From positions 1,600,001-1,664,000 of the forward strand of contig CAWHFW010000005.1 of assembly GCA_963828735.1 (NCBI GenBank): DNA of 64,000 bases, in the 5' to 3' direction. How positions within the stretch are numbered: the first letter of the stretch is position 1; each line of letters begins with the position of its first letter. Source of the stretch: an uncultured Gemmatimonadales bacterium (lineage in GTDB: Bacteria; Gemmatimonadota; Gemmatimonadetes; Gemmatimonadales; GWC2-71-9). Under the pieces are notes generated by a model. That model did not search any database and was not told the origin of the DNA. It was given only the letters and a program-made list of their open reading frames with translations. Shown here piece by piece: positions 42,780 to 54,066 of the stretch. The position numbers were made by a program, and so were the translations under genes.

Positions 42780-45755
42780 GTGACCGCAGTAGTCCCACCG
42801 CTGGCCCAGGCCCTACGCGATCGCTACGTGCTCGAGAAGGAACTCGGGCGTGGGGGCATGGCCACGGTCTACTGCGCCCGTGACCTCCGACACGACCGGC
42901 TGGTCGCCCTCAAAGTTCTCCATCCCGAGCTCGCGGCGACACTGGGCCCCGAGCGCTTTCTCCGCGAGATCCGACTCACCTCCCGCCTGCAGCATCCGCA
43001 CATTCTTCCAGTCTTCGACTCCGGCGAGGCAGCAGGCCAGCTCTGGTACACCATGCCCTACGTCCGTGGAGAGTCGCTCCGGGATCGCCTGCGGCGGGAG
43101 GTTCAGTTGCGCATGGACAGCGCACTGGACCTCACCAAGCAGGTGGCGGACGCCCTCGGATACGCCCACAGGCAGGGCATCGTCCACCGAGACGTCAAGC
43201 CGGAGAACATCCTGCTCGAAGGCGAGCGCGCCGTTGTAGCAGATTTCGGCATCGCCCGGGCGCTGGACCTGGCCGGGGGCGAGCGACTCACCCAGACGGG
43301 CCTGGCTCTGGGAACGCCCTCGTATATGAGCCCGGAGCAGGCAGTGGGGAGTCCTGCGGACGCGCGGAGCGACATCTATTCCTTGGGATGTGTGCTCTAC
43401 GAGATGCTTGCAGGCGAGCCGCCGTTCACCGGTCCGACCGCCCAAGCGATCCTGGCCAGGCGACTGAGCTCCCCGGTTCCCACTCTCCGCACCGTTCGGG
43501 AAACCGTGTCCCCGGCGGTCGAGCGGGCGATCGAAGTCGCGCTCGCCAAGGTGCCGGCCGACCGGTTCGCAACGACCGGCGAGTTCGTTGCGGCGCTGTA
43601 TGCGGCCGGCCCGAGCGATGCAAAGCCCTCAGCTGCCGTCCGCGGCATCCCGCGGCGCTGGGCCGCTATCGCGGCAGGGATCGCCGTTGCCGTAGTCGCG
43701 GCTGCTCTCGCCCTGCAGCGGTGGTCAACGCCAGCCATCCACCCGGATACCCGCCTGGTAGCCGTGGTTCCGTTCCGGATCGCGAGCAGCGACTCCTCGC
43801 TCGCTTACCTCCACGAAGGCATGGTCGACCTTTTCGCGGCGAAGCTCAACGGAGAGGGAGGCCCGCAGTCGGTGGACCCTCGCTCAACCATACGGCTTTG
43901 GCGCGCTGCAGCCGAAGGAAGAGCCGACTTGCCGGAAGCGGAGGTTCTGCGCCTGGCGCGGCGGCTCGGGGCGGGCCGGCTTTTGACCGGCAGCGTGATC
44001 GGAACATCCGAGCGGCTGGTGCTTAGCGCCGCCGTGCTCGACGTAGCCACCGGCAGGACACAGCTGCAGGCGACCGTGGACGGACGCTACGACAGCCTGC
44101 CATATCTGGTCGACCGGCTTACGGGCCAGCTGTTGGCGCTCGGAGCGGCGGTCCAATCCCAGCGGCTCAGCAGCCTGACCAGCACGTCCCTCCCCGCCAT
44201 TCGCGCTTACCTGGCCGGCCAGGCGGCCTTTCGGAACGGCCGGTTCGAGGAAGCGGTCCAGCGGTTCAACGAGGCTACCCAACTGGACTCCACATTCGCC
44301 CTGGCAGGGATGGAGTTGGCGCACGCGGCGGGTTGGCTGATCAGCGGAGGTGAGGATGCGGAAGCGCGGGGACTGAGACTCGCTGTGGCCGGCCGCGAGC
44401 GTCTCGGCCAGGGCGACCGCGCGCTGCTGGAGGTCAGCAGCGGGCAGTGGTCCGGCGCTCCTGACATGTTTCAGAAGTGGCACGCCGCCGCCTCCGCCTA
44501 CCCGGAACGCCCCGAAGTGTGGTACGGCCTAGGGGACTCGTATTTCCACTGGGGCCTGCTGGCCGGCATGAGCGACCCGTTGCGGCGTGCCGGCGAAGCC
44601 TTCCGCCGAGGCTGGGTGCTCGACTCTAGCAGCACTAGCGATTCCATGCTTCCCAGGCAGTCTCCGGTGTTGGCCGAGCCACTGGGTCACATGATCGAAC
44701 TAGCTCAGATCGCGGGAGATACTGCTGAGGTCCGCAGGCTCGTCGCGCTAGGCTTGGCGGTGGATTCGACCAACCGGTATCTCCAATGGCACCTGGCCGT
44801 CAGCCTGGGCGACTCGGCACGGCGAGCGTTCTGGGCCAGGCCCGATCTTCCCGACGGGGTCTTCAGCATTATTGGCATGTTCACCTCCTGGACCGGAATC
44901 GCCGCCAGCGACGGCGCGCGCGCGAGAACCGAGGAGGTTCGTCGATTGAGGCGCAAGAACCCAGACTTCGCCGGGTTCCTTGAGCGCGGAGTGGCGCTGA
45001 ACGCCGGCCGCCCGAAGGAAGCGTATCGCCATCTCGACGAGCGGCATGCGCCGACCAGGCAAGTGCTTCAGTTGCAGGTCTTAGACGCCCTCTATTGGGG
45101 CGGGGACACCAGCGCGGCCGTCGAGGCCGTCCGCCGGCTCAGGCCCTTTGCCGAGGCAGGTTCAATGCGCGGGGACGAAGCACGAGAGCGATACCACGCT
45201 CTCTGCGTCGTGGCTCAGTGGCGCCTCGCGCGCGGTGAGACCCAGGGTGCCGACCTGGCGATCCGGCGGCTCCGCGCCACCACCGTACCCGGACTCGCCT
45301 CGGCCGATTCGGCAGAGTTCGCCCGCTACGCCGCCCTCTGCGCCGCCGTTGCCGAGGCGCTGCAGGCCGCGGCGCTCCGTCGGCCGGACGTCCGGATGCG
45401 GACCGAACGGCTCGACTCCCTCGCCCGGACCTTCATCTTCGAGGTCTGTTGTGGGCAGTCGGTTCCAGGAGTGAACCTGGTCCTTGCACATCTTTGGGAA
45501 GCGCAGGGAGATCTCCCTCGCGCGCTCCAGGCGGTGCGCCGGCGCGCAGCGGGCTACGGGCTCACCCCGAAGCTCATGTCCACCTTCTTGCGCGAGGAAG
45601 GCCGCCTCGCCGCGTTGGCGGGCGAACGTGGGGAGGCCATTCGAGCCTACCAGCATTACCTGGCGCTGCGGCCCGATCCCGAGCCATCAGTCAAACCCGA
45701 GGTCGAGCAGGTGCGGGCGGACCTGGCCGATCTGATCGGCGAGCAGGGCAAGTGA
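42780..45755 (+). CDS. Ser/Thr protein kinase with TM helix and TolB_N/TPR-like C-terminal region
   Basis: GRGGMATVY, HRDVKPEN, DFG, GTPSYMSPEQ. Confidence 0.95.
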   Translation: MTAVVPPLAQALRDRYVLEKELGRGGMATVYCARDLRHDRLVALKVLHPELAATLGPERFLREIRLTSRLQHPHILPVFDSGEAAGQLWYTMPYVRGESLRDRLRREVQLRMDSALDLTKQVADALGYAHRQGIVHRDVKPENILLEGERAVVADFGIARALDLAGGERLTQTGLALGTPSYMSPEQAVGSPADARSDIYSLGCVLYEMLAGEPPFTGPTAQAILARRLSSPVPTLRTVRETVSPAVERAIEVALAKVPADRFATTGEFVAALYAAGPSDAKPSAAVRGIPRRWAAIAAGIAVAVVAAALALQRWSTPAIHPDTRLVAVVPFRIASSDSSLAYLHEGMVDLFAAKLNGEGGPQSVDPRSTIRLWRAAAEGRADLPEAEVLRLARRLGAGRLLTGSVIGTSERLVLSAAVLDVATGRTQLQATVDGRYDSLPYLVDRLTGQLLALGAAVQSQRLSSLTSTSLPAIRAYLAGQAAFRNGRFEEAVQRFNEATQLDSTFALAGMELAHAAGWLISGGEDAEARGLRLAVAGRERLGQGDRALLEVSSGQWSGAPDMFQKWHAAASAYPERPEVWYGLGDSYFHWGLLAGMSDPLRRAGEAFRRGWVLDSSSTSDSMLPRQSPVLAEPLGHMIELAQIAGDTAEVRRLVALGLAVDSTNRYLQWHLAVSLGDSARRAFWARPDLPDGVFSIIGMFTSWTGIAASDGARARTEEVRRLRRKNPDFAGFLERGVALNAGRPKEAYRHLDERHAPTRQVLQLQVLDALYWGGDTSAAVEAVRRLRPFAEAGSMRGDEARERYHALCVVAQWRLARGETQGADLAIRRLRATTVPGLASADSAEFARYAALCAAVAEALQAAALRRPDVRMRTERLDSLARTFIFEVCCGQSVPGVNLVLAHLWEAQGDLPRALQAVRRRAAGYGLTPKLMSTFLREEGRLAALAGERGEAIRAYQHYLALRPDPEPSVKPEVEQVRADLADLIGEQGK

Positions 45756-45913
45756 GCAACAAGATTCACGCGGCCTCATGCACCTGGACATAGGCTCGCA
45801 GCAACATCCGCAGATCAGAGGTCGGTGACAGCGCATGAGCCTTACGTTGAGAGCGGTGGCCGAGCTGCCGCCTTGCCGTACCACTTCGAGTGGACACTGC
45901 AGGGAGAGGTCTC

Positions 45914-48900
45914 ATGAACACTCTCGGGACCAAGCTCGTCCTCATCGTGACGGCATGGCCGATGGCGGCCGATGGCCTCGCCGCCCAGGGAGTCACCACC
46001 GCAGCGCTGTTCGGGACGGTGACGGGTTCCGATTCCACCGCGCTCGAGGATGCCGTCGTCACGGTGACCAACACCGCTACCGGCGAGCGATGGCAGACTG
46101 CTACCCGTGCCCGCGGCAGCTACGTCTTCGAGTATCTGTCGGTCGGCGGCCCCTACCTCCTCGAGGCCCGGGCCATCGGGTTCTCGCCAGGGCAGGGACC
46201 GGCGATCCTGCTCTCGTTGGGCGAGCGGCGCCGGGCCGATCTCTCCCTGACGGCAGCCATCGTCGAGCTGCCTGAGATCGCAGTCTCCGCGGCGGTCGAC
46301 CCGCTGGTGAACCCGGCACGCACCGGGCCCGCGCAGACCATCGGCGACTCACTGATCTCGCGAATGCCGATCCGGAGCCGGGACTTTTCTCAACTAGTCT
46401 ACCTCTCCCCGCAGGCCGTGCTCGACGCCGTCGGGCGGTGTGTCCATCGCCGGGCAGTCGGACCGGCTCAACGGCTTCCAGATCGACGGTGCCACCAATC
46501 TCGACCTCACCGGATTCGCGGGTGGCGGCGGCTTCGGCACGCCGGCCGCGAGCAGCGGGGTGCGCACTCTCTCGGTCGAGGCGCTGCGGGAGCTGCAGAT
46601 CCTCTCTGCGCCGTTCGACGTGCGCTTTGGCACCTTCGCCGGTGGACTGGTGAACGCGGTGACCCACTCGGGCTCGAATCGCTGGGCGGGATCGCTCTCC
46701 GGCTACTTCGAGGACAAGGCGCTGACGGGGCGGGACTCGACCGGCCTCCGGGCGGAGGACTTCAGCACCAAGGAGTTCGCCTTCACGCTGGGCGGACCGA
46801 TCGTGCGTGACCGCGCCGCGTTCTTTCTGGATCTCGGACTGCAGCGAGACGTCATCCCGCAGGCGACACCCAGCATCGGTAGCGACACCACCGGTGGCGC
46901 CGACTCGGCCGGGGTGGGAATCCGCTACGCCAGCGCGGTGCGGTTCCAGGAAATTCTTCGGAACACGTACGGCGTTGAAGCGGGGAGCTTCGCCGCAGCG
47001 CCCGCGCGCCGTGCCGAGCGGGAATCTCTTCGCCAAGGTGACGCTGCTGCCCGCGGTGAACAACCGGCTGGAGCTGTCCTACAACTACGGCGCACGGGAA
47101 CCTGGAATTCCCCGTCGACCGGAGGCCCTACCAGGCCTACGCGCTCTCCTCCAACGGGAGTCATGGCCCCGGGCACGGTCAACGCCACCCGGCTCACCTG
47201 GACGATGGCGCGCGGAAGCCGGCTCTCGAACGAGCTCAACGTGGCCTATCTCCGGGTGCGTGAGGAGGAGCGCTGCCTGTCATCGAGCCCCTATTCCGAG
47301 GTCGAGGTGCGGGCCGACGAAAGCTTCCTGGTGGCGGGAGACGGCTTTAGCTGCACCGTGAACTTCTCCGACCAGGACGTCTGGGAGCTGACCGACAACC
47401 TGTCGTGGTTCCAGGGCGAGCATCAGCTCACGTTCGGTACCCACAACGAGCTGATCCGTACCCGGCGGCTAACCCAGATCCAGCCGCTGGGGCACTGGGA
47501 GTTCGCCAGCCTGGACTCCCTGCAGGCCGGACTGCCGGAGCTCTACTTCGGAAGCGTCCCGAACCCGCTCCAGCCGGAGGGCGCGGAGTCGGACCTGGGA
47601 ATCAACCAGCTCGGGCTTTACATCCAGGATCAGTGGGCCGCGACCCCAAGTCTCACCCTGACGGCTGGCCTGCGGATGGACGTGCCCTTCGTGACCTCGA
47701 GCCCGGTGAGGAATCCGCTACTCCAGTCGGAGCTGGGGATCGACAACACGCTCACACCAAGCGGGAACACCCTCTGGTCACCCCGGCTCGGGTTCAGCTA
47801 CGACCTCGGTGGCAAGGGATTCCTCCGGGGTGGGGTGGGGGTGTTCTCCGGCCGGCCGGCATACCACTGGATCAGCTCGGTATACGGCGCCACCGGACTC
47901 AACGCGTCCGATCTCTCTTGCGAAGGCCCGGACGTTCCCGCGTTTACCCTCGACCCCGACAACCAGCCCAGCACCTGCGGGAGTGGCGCCATCCCGGTCG
48001 TGGCCGAAGTAAACTACTTCGACCCTTCGTTCCGCTTCCCTCAGACCTTCCGCGCGGCGCTCGGCACCGACCTCCGGCTGCCCTGGGGAGTGGTGGGGAC
48101 AGTGGACCTGCTGTACGTGCGCGGGATGAACCAGATCTACCTGACCGACGTAAACCTGGTGCCGACCGGCACAGCCGACGGCGAGAATGGCCGGCAGCTG
48201 TATGGCGCGCTCGATCCGGACAGCGGCACCGCGACGCCCAACAGGCGGAGCGCCGACTTCGGGCCCGTAATCGAGGTGCGCAACTCCAGTGGGGAGCGCT
48301 CCTACGTGGCTACCGCCCAGCTCCAGAAGCGCTTCGCCGGGGGCGCGGAACTCGGTGTGGCCTACACTTACACCGACAGCAAGGACCGGCTGTCGGCCGC
48401 GGCGGACTTGGCGTCCTTGAACATCGGCAGGGTCAACATCCTCGATGGGCCCCTGGACCAGAGGCGACTGGCGGTGTCGATGTACAGCGTGCCTCACAAG
48501 ATCACCCTGGTCGGGGCCCTCGACCTTCCGTACCGGTTCCGGTTCTCCCTGTTCTACAGCGGGTTCTCGGGTGCCCCCTACACTTACCGCATTTCCGGTG
48601 ATGCTAACGCGGACGGGGTGACCGCGTTTGGGGGGCCGACGTTCAACGACCCCGTGTACGTGCCCCGGGACGCGGCCGACATCACGCTGAAGGACCCGGG
48701 CCAGTGGGAGGCGCTGGACAGTTACATCGAGAGCCAGCCGTGTCTGCGGGAACAGCGGGGGCAACTGCTGCGGCGAAACAGCTGCCGAGACCCGTGGGTG
48801 TCGGTCATGGACGCGCGGTTCTCGAAGGCCATCCCCACCGCGAGCGGGCAGTCGATCGAACTGATCGCCGACCTCTTCAACGTCCTGAACTTTCTCGATG

Positions 48901-49070
48901 GTGATTGGGGGGTCCGGCGGTTCATCGGGGAAACTCGGATCCTGAGGCTGGTCGGCTATGACGCGGCGAACGGCCGCGGGATCTACGCGTTCGACACTCA
49001 GGATCCCAACATCCGTGATCACGAGGCCACCCGCTGGCGGATGCAGCTCGGGGCGCGGTACACGTTCTAG
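45914..49070 (+). CDS. TonB-dependent receptor (carboxypeptidase-regulatory-like N-terminus, Oar-like) with four +1 frameshifts
   Basis: Signal peptide, FQIDGA, GGLVNAVTHSG, YIQDQW, SPRLGFSYD, terminal QLGARYTF. Confidence 0.85.
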
Positions 49071-50401
49071 CCAGCGTTACCACGGTGACGCGGAGAGCCT
49101 GGAGGAGCTGAAGCCGCTCCGGCAGCTATCAAAAAGGCCAGGAGCGGGATGGCGATCGCGTAAACGTACTGCGTCCGCGACACGCCGATGCCGAACGGAA
49201 ACCAGATGCCCGGCACGCCGATCGTATCGAGCAGCTCGCCGCCGAATAGCCCGACCATAATCGAGGCTAACGTGACGAGCGCCAGGATCTGCATTGGTCC
49301 GCTGCGGACAATGCGCGCGCCTATCACGACAAACAGCGCGATCGACCCGAGCCGGCTGCCACTTGTCACACTCGCCGAATGGGTCATGGCGCCGAAAATC
49401 CCGGCGCCCGCCAACGCCACAGCCGACACATCGATGCCTCGCCAGGGACGTCGGCACCAGCGGTTCCAGGCCAACGTCCAGGCGGTCACCGCTGGCACCC
49501 ACATCACTGACGCCAGCCACGCATAGGTAGTCAGATCTACCAGATCGGTCCATGAGGCGATCGCATTGCTGAGGCGCCTGGCCGCGGTAAACGCAAGCGC
49601 GATGCTGGCAAAGATCCAGAAACCCTTGTGGCTGCTGCAAGACCGGCACCCCAGTGCCAAGCCGATGAGTGCCAACATGGCGATCGGCTCGATCACATCG
49701 ACGATGTAACCGGCGATGGTTCGCTCCCATTGCACACGGTGGAGCGCATCGCTTATCGGCCGCGGAGCCAGTATGGGCGCGCTGTGCATGCCGCCGCCGT
49801 CTGCGCTGACCCCGGAACTGGGAAGCATGTATGTGCGGACAGCGAGCACGCCACGGGCGCCCGCCGCATCGGCGGGAAGGGCGAACCGCAGCGGCCGCGT
49901 GCCGACTACGCGCGGGGCTGGGCCGAGCCTCCCCGACCCGCCTAGCCGTTGGCCGTTCCAATAGAGTTCGTAGCCGTCCTGGACGAGGGTCGGCCCGAGG
50001 ATATCCCACGACGCGCGTCCGGCCGGCACCGTCACCGCGCGCCGGTACCAGGCGTAGCCGTGATAGCCGGGATGACCGTACGCCATCCACCCGCCTACGT
50101 AATCGGGCAGACCCACGTCGCCGTCGTGGCTGCCCGGCAAGGCGGTCATATCGACAGTCTCCCAACCGCTATCGTCTGTATTGGCGTCCGCCCAGTGCGG
50201 GTCATCGCCGGTATGGAATCGCCAGGAGCCATCGAGCAGCGTAGCTGCGGCGCGCAGCGTCGGCGGATCAGGCCGGCCGCCGCTCGCCAAGTCGGCGATC
50301 ACGATGGCCAATGCCATCAGCGTCGCTATGACGATGCCGACGATCAGTTTGCGTTGTGTTCCGTCGATGGATGCCGTCGAAGATGTCGATTTGGGCATCA
50401 T
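49067..50401 (-). CDS. Membrane protein with a GH2-N-like jelly-roll sugar-binding domain and multiple TM helices
   Basis: LDGSWRFHTGDDP.WA...DDSGW, GYAWYR, YELYWNG, then a hydrophobic C-terminal half. Confidence 0.75.
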   Translation of the reverse strand: MMPKSTSSTASIDGTQRKLIVGIVIATLMALAIVIADLASGGRPDPPTLRAAATLLDGSWRFHTGDDPHWADANTDDSGWETVDMTALPGSHDGDVGLPDYVGGWMAYGHPGYHGYAWYRRAVTVPAGRASWDILGPTLVQDGYELYWNGQRLGGSGRLGPAPRVVGTRPLRFALPADAAGARGVLAVRTYMLPSSGVSADGGGMHSAPILAPRPISDALHRVQWERTIAGYIVDVIEPIAMLALIGLALGCRSCSSHKGFWIFASIALAFTAARRLSNAIASWTDLVDLTTYAWLASVMWVPAVTAWTLAWNRWCRRPWRGIDVSAVALAGAGIFGAMTHSASVTSGSRLGSIALFVVIGARIVRSGPMQILALVTLASIMVGLFGGELLDTIGVPGIWFPFGIGVSRTQYVYAIAIPLLAFLIAAGAASAPPGSPRHRGNAG

Positions 50402-50932
50402 GCCATGATCTCATCGTCGGGTTTTCGATGTCGGCAAACAGGCTACTACTGGTAACTACGCAGGTCGCCGCCTTAACGTGCCACACGGCGCCGAATGTGT
50501 TCTCGCCGTCTCTGAGCGACAAGAGATCCTAGAGCAGTCCGGGTATGCCCGGAGGCCTGCCCCAAGCTGCCTGCGCGATATGTCGCTCGCGGGAAAGCGA
50601 CCTTCATTTCTTGATCACCTTGGCGAGATGTGATCAACTTGGCGAGCACTCTATTTCGCAGCCATTGTCGTGGCCAGGGGTCTGCATGTGAGCAGGGCGC
50701 CGAGGTCAATCCGCTAGCCAAAGCACAGTTTCGTGTGCCCCCGGATAGCGCCGGGAGAATGGGGGTTCGAGGGCGGGCTCGGACTCGTGTGCTAGGTACC
50801 TGATTAGTACTGAACTCAACCTATCTGGAGAGTTCTGAGGAGTTCTAGGCGGATTCAGTTGAAGGCGTATATCGTTACTGGGGAGGTCTTAAAGGTTCTC
50901 AAAGAGTGCTCAAGCGAGCGGCAACTAACGCC

Positions 50933-50974
50933 CTGAAAATCCGCGTGTCGGGGGTTCGATTCCCTCTATGGCTA
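50933..50974 (+). repeat. tRNA-Phe 3' fragment (att copy 3)
   Basis: 40/42 identical. Confidence 0.95.
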
Positions 50975-51122
50975 TTCGCGTAAAGCAACGAGCCGTCATC
51001 GCTTGGATTTGGGATCGGTCGCTCTTCAAATTCGCCCGCCGGTCGTGACACCGCCTCCCTCCTGCGAGGCGTTTCATGGTCGACAGGCCGCCCCGCTTGA
51101 CTCCCACCCCATCCAACCTATA

Positions 51123-53576
51123 GTGGCCCATGCCGCTTCCCGGCCCCCCTCGCTTTTCGATCCTCGATTGTCATCACGCCGGACCGGATTGCTAACCGTC
51201 GGGGCGGCGCTCTTCCTCGCAGTGGTCGCCACGGGATGCGCGGGCACGAGAGCGACGCCCGAGCCGGTGCCTCAAGTTGTCGAGCGATACCCGATCATTC
51301 CAGCGCCACGGCGCCTCCAGGCCAGGCCCGGCGAATTCCGGCTCGATCGCGAGACGCGCATCATGCTCTCCGATCCCGCCAGCACGGGACTCCGCACGTT
51401 GGCGGTGCTCCTGGTCGCTCCCCTCCGAATTGCCTCTGGACTCCCGCTGCCGGTCTCTCCGGAACCGGCGTCAGAGCACGCGACCAACGCAATCTCGATC
51501 CGACTGACGGCAGATGCGGCCCCCACGGAGCCGGAGAGTTACCGCTTGGTCGTCGCGCAGCGGGGGGCGATCCTCTCGGCCCCGACGCCGGCCGGGCTGT
51601 TCCACGGACTTCAAACGCTCCGGCAGCTCCTCCCGCCTGAGCTGGAGCGCGGGGTCCGATCCGGCGGTGTGTGGGGGAGAGGCGTTGCGCAGACGGGGGA
51701 CTCGGCGCCACCGCCGGCACGGTGGGTCATCCCCGCCGTGGAGATCGAGGACGCGCCCCGCTTCCGCTATCGCGGTATCCTCTTGGACGTGGCGCGCTGG
51801 TTCTACCCGCCGGAGTTCATCGAGAAGCTCATCGACCTCCTTGCGCTCTACAAGCTCAATACGCTCCACCTGCACCTGACCGACGACCAGGGCTGGCGGC
51901 TGGAGATCAAGAAGTACCCGCGCCTCACCCAGGTGGGCGCCTGGCGGAAGGAGACGATCGTGGGGCAGAACTTCGATCCCTACGTCGGCGATGGGACGCC
52001 CAACGGTGGCTTCTACACTCAGGAGCAGGTGCGCGAGCTCGTGGCGTACGCTGCCGCACGGCACGTCACGATCATACCCGAAATCGAGATGCCCGGCCAC
52101 GCGCGGGCGGCCCTCGCAGCGTACCCGGAGCTGTCGTGCACCGGCGGGCCGTTCGAGGTGTCGACCAGGTGGGGCGTGCACGAAGACATCTTCTGCCCGA
52201 GCGAACAGACCTTCGCGTTCCTGGAGGACGTCCTCGTGGAGGTGATGCAGCTCTTCCCCAGCGAGTACATCCACATCGGCGGCGACGAAGTGCCGAAGAA
52301 GCAGTGGGAGGACAGTCCGGTCGCCCAGGAGGTGATTCGGCGGGAGGGGCTCGGTAACGAGGAGGGCCTGCAGGGCTACTTCATCAGGCGCATCGAGGGC
52401 TTCCTCCGCGCGCACGGCCGCCGGTTGATCGGATGGGACGAGACCCTCGAGGGGGGACTCGCGCCTGAGGCGACGGTGATGTCGTGGCGTGGAATCGAGG
52501 GTGGGATCGAGGCCGCCCGGCAGGGGCACGACGTCATCATGACACCGGCCAACCGTGCCTACTTCGACTACTACCAGGGTGATCCCGCGGCCGAGCCGCT
52601 GGCCATCGGGGGCTTTCTCCCGCTCGACAGCGTGTACGCATTTGAGCCGGTCCCAGGCGAGCTGACGCGCGAGCAGGCCGCCCACGTGCTCGGCGGCCAG
52701 GGAAACGTGTGGACGGAATACATCCCGACGCCGGCGCGGGCCGAGTACATGATTCTGCCCCGTATGCTGGCGCTCGCCGAGGTTCTCTGGTCGACGAGGG
52801 AAGCCCGGAACTGGAACCGGTTCGTTGTGGGACTCCCGGCCCAGTTCGCGCGGCTGGATGCACTGGGCGCCGAGTACCGTGTGCCGGAGCCCGTCGGATT
52901 CGGTGGTGACCGGCTGGTGCTCGAGGACCGCATCCGCGTTACGATCAAGCCGCCGTTTCCCGGCGGTGAGGTTCACTACACGATCGACGGCTCGGAGCCT
53001 ACGGTGACCGCGCCCCGATACACCGGCCCCCTTGACTTGCACCTGACCCCCGCTCCTGTGACCGTGAGTGCGCGAGTGTTCCTGCTGAACGGACGCGGGA
53101 GCCCGATCGCCAGAGCACGGATCGCCCGCGCGACTTGGACCGAGTCGGCCGCGGTCCGAGCGGACACCCTCCGGCCGGGCCTCGCCTTCGCGTACTTCGA
53201 AGGGAAGTTCCGGGCGGCCGATGATGTCAGGCAGGGCGAGCCGCTACGGGTGGGCACGGTTCCCGACGTTGAACTCCGCGGCGCCGAGCGTCCGGAGTAC
53301 TACGGCGTTCGCCTCTCAGGGCTCCTGCGGGTGCCGGGCGACGCGCTCTACACCTTCCATCTCTCGTCAGACGATGGCGCCAAGCTCCGCATCGGGAATA
53401 AGGCCATTGCGGAGAGCCAGGGGGGTGTAGGGCAGGGCCAGATCGCCCTTCGGAAAGGCTTCCATCCCATCGAGGTGGTGTTCTTCCAGGCGACTGGGCC
53501 CGCCGAGTTGCGACTGGAGGTCTCCACCCCAGGCTCTTCGATGCAGCCTGTGCCCGCGGAGTGGTTCGCGCACTGA
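51123..53576 (+). CDS. GH20 beta-N-acetylhexosaminidase with Fn3-like and PA14 domains
   Basis: PRFRYRG, HLTDDQGWR, PEIEMPGH, HIGGDE, YTIDGSEP, SSDDG; start approximate. Confidence 0.95.
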   Translation: MAHAASRPPSLFDPRLSSRRTGLLTVGAALFLAVVATGCAGTRATPEPVPQVVERYPIIPAPRRLQARPGEFRLDRETRIMLSDPASTGLRTLAVLLVAPLRIASGLPLPVSPEPASEHATNAISIRLTADAAPTEPESYRLVVAQRGAILSAPTPAGLFHGLQTLRQLLPPELERGVRSGGVWGRGVAQTGDSAPPPARWVIPAVEIEDAPRFRYRGILLDVARWFYPPEFIEKLIDLLALYKLNTLHLHLTDDQGWRLEIKKYPRLTQVGAWRKETIVGQNFDPYVGDGTPNGGFYTQEQVRELVAYAAARHVTIIPEIEMPGHARAALAAYPELSCTGGPFEVSTRWGVHEDIFCPSEQTFAFLEDVLVEVMQLFPSEYIHIGGDEVPKKQWEDSPVAQEVIRREGLGNEEGLQGYFIRRIEGFLRAHGRRLIGWDETLEGGLAPEATVMSWRGIEGGIEAARQGHDVIMTPANRAYFDYYQGDPAAEPLAIGGFLPLDSVYAFEPVPGELTREQAAHVLGGQGNVWTEYIPTPARAEYMILPRMLALAEVLWSTREARNWNRFVVGLPAQFARLDALGAEYRVPEPVGFGGDRLVLEDRIRVTIKPPFPGGEVHYTIDGSEPTVTAPRYTGPLDLHLTPAPVTVSARVFLLNGRGSPIARARIARATWTESAAVRADTLRPGLAFAYFEGKFRAADDVRQGEPLRVGTVPDVELRGAERPEYYGVRLSGLLRVPGDALYTFHLSSDDGAKLRIGNKAIAESQGGVGQGQIALRKGFHPIEVVFFQATGPAELRLEVSTPGSSMQPVPAEWFAH

Positions 53577-53810
53577 GGTGGTCGCTGAGACGCTTCCGGC
53601 GACACTGGCATTAACGTATGGAAGCTAGACTCCGTAACACCCCCGGCGTATCTGCTCTAAGTCCCGTCACGCACCTCATCCCGGTGTGGGGGCTTCTGTG
53701 GGGACTTGGCAGCGGCACTCGGCCCGATTCCGGCGGACTGGTGCGGCTTCGTCCCAAACTATGCGGCTTAATGCGGGGTCTCTTTGCCTCCCTGCGGCTC
53801 GTCCATCGGC

Positions 53811-53850
53811 CTGAAAATCCGCGTGTCGGGGTTCGATTCCCCTCTGGCCG
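53811..53850 (+). repeat. tRNA-Phe 3' fragment (att copy 4)
   Basis: Two 1-nt deletions and a terminal substitution relative to the tRNA. Confidence 0.92.
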
Positions 53851-53892
53851 TTCGCCCTAACTCCCCTATATAGCAGAATATCACTCACCAGG

Positions 53893-53920
53893 CGGCCACC
53901 TTCTTGAGGTGGCCGGTTTC
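53893..53920 (+). terminator. GGCCACC hairpin after att copy 4
   Basis: CGGCCACC-TTCTTGA-GGTGGCCG followed by GTTTC. Confidence 0.6.
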
Positions 53921-54066
53921 TCTATTTGGGCCTTCTCGATCTCAATGCGGCAGTTCGGGATGAAGCACCTTGAGCGCGACGGGCGGGGCGCGCTCGAGGG
54001 TTCCGAAACGCCAGCCGGCTCGCGGCTGCCCTTGCGATATATGACTTACACATACATCTTCAATTC

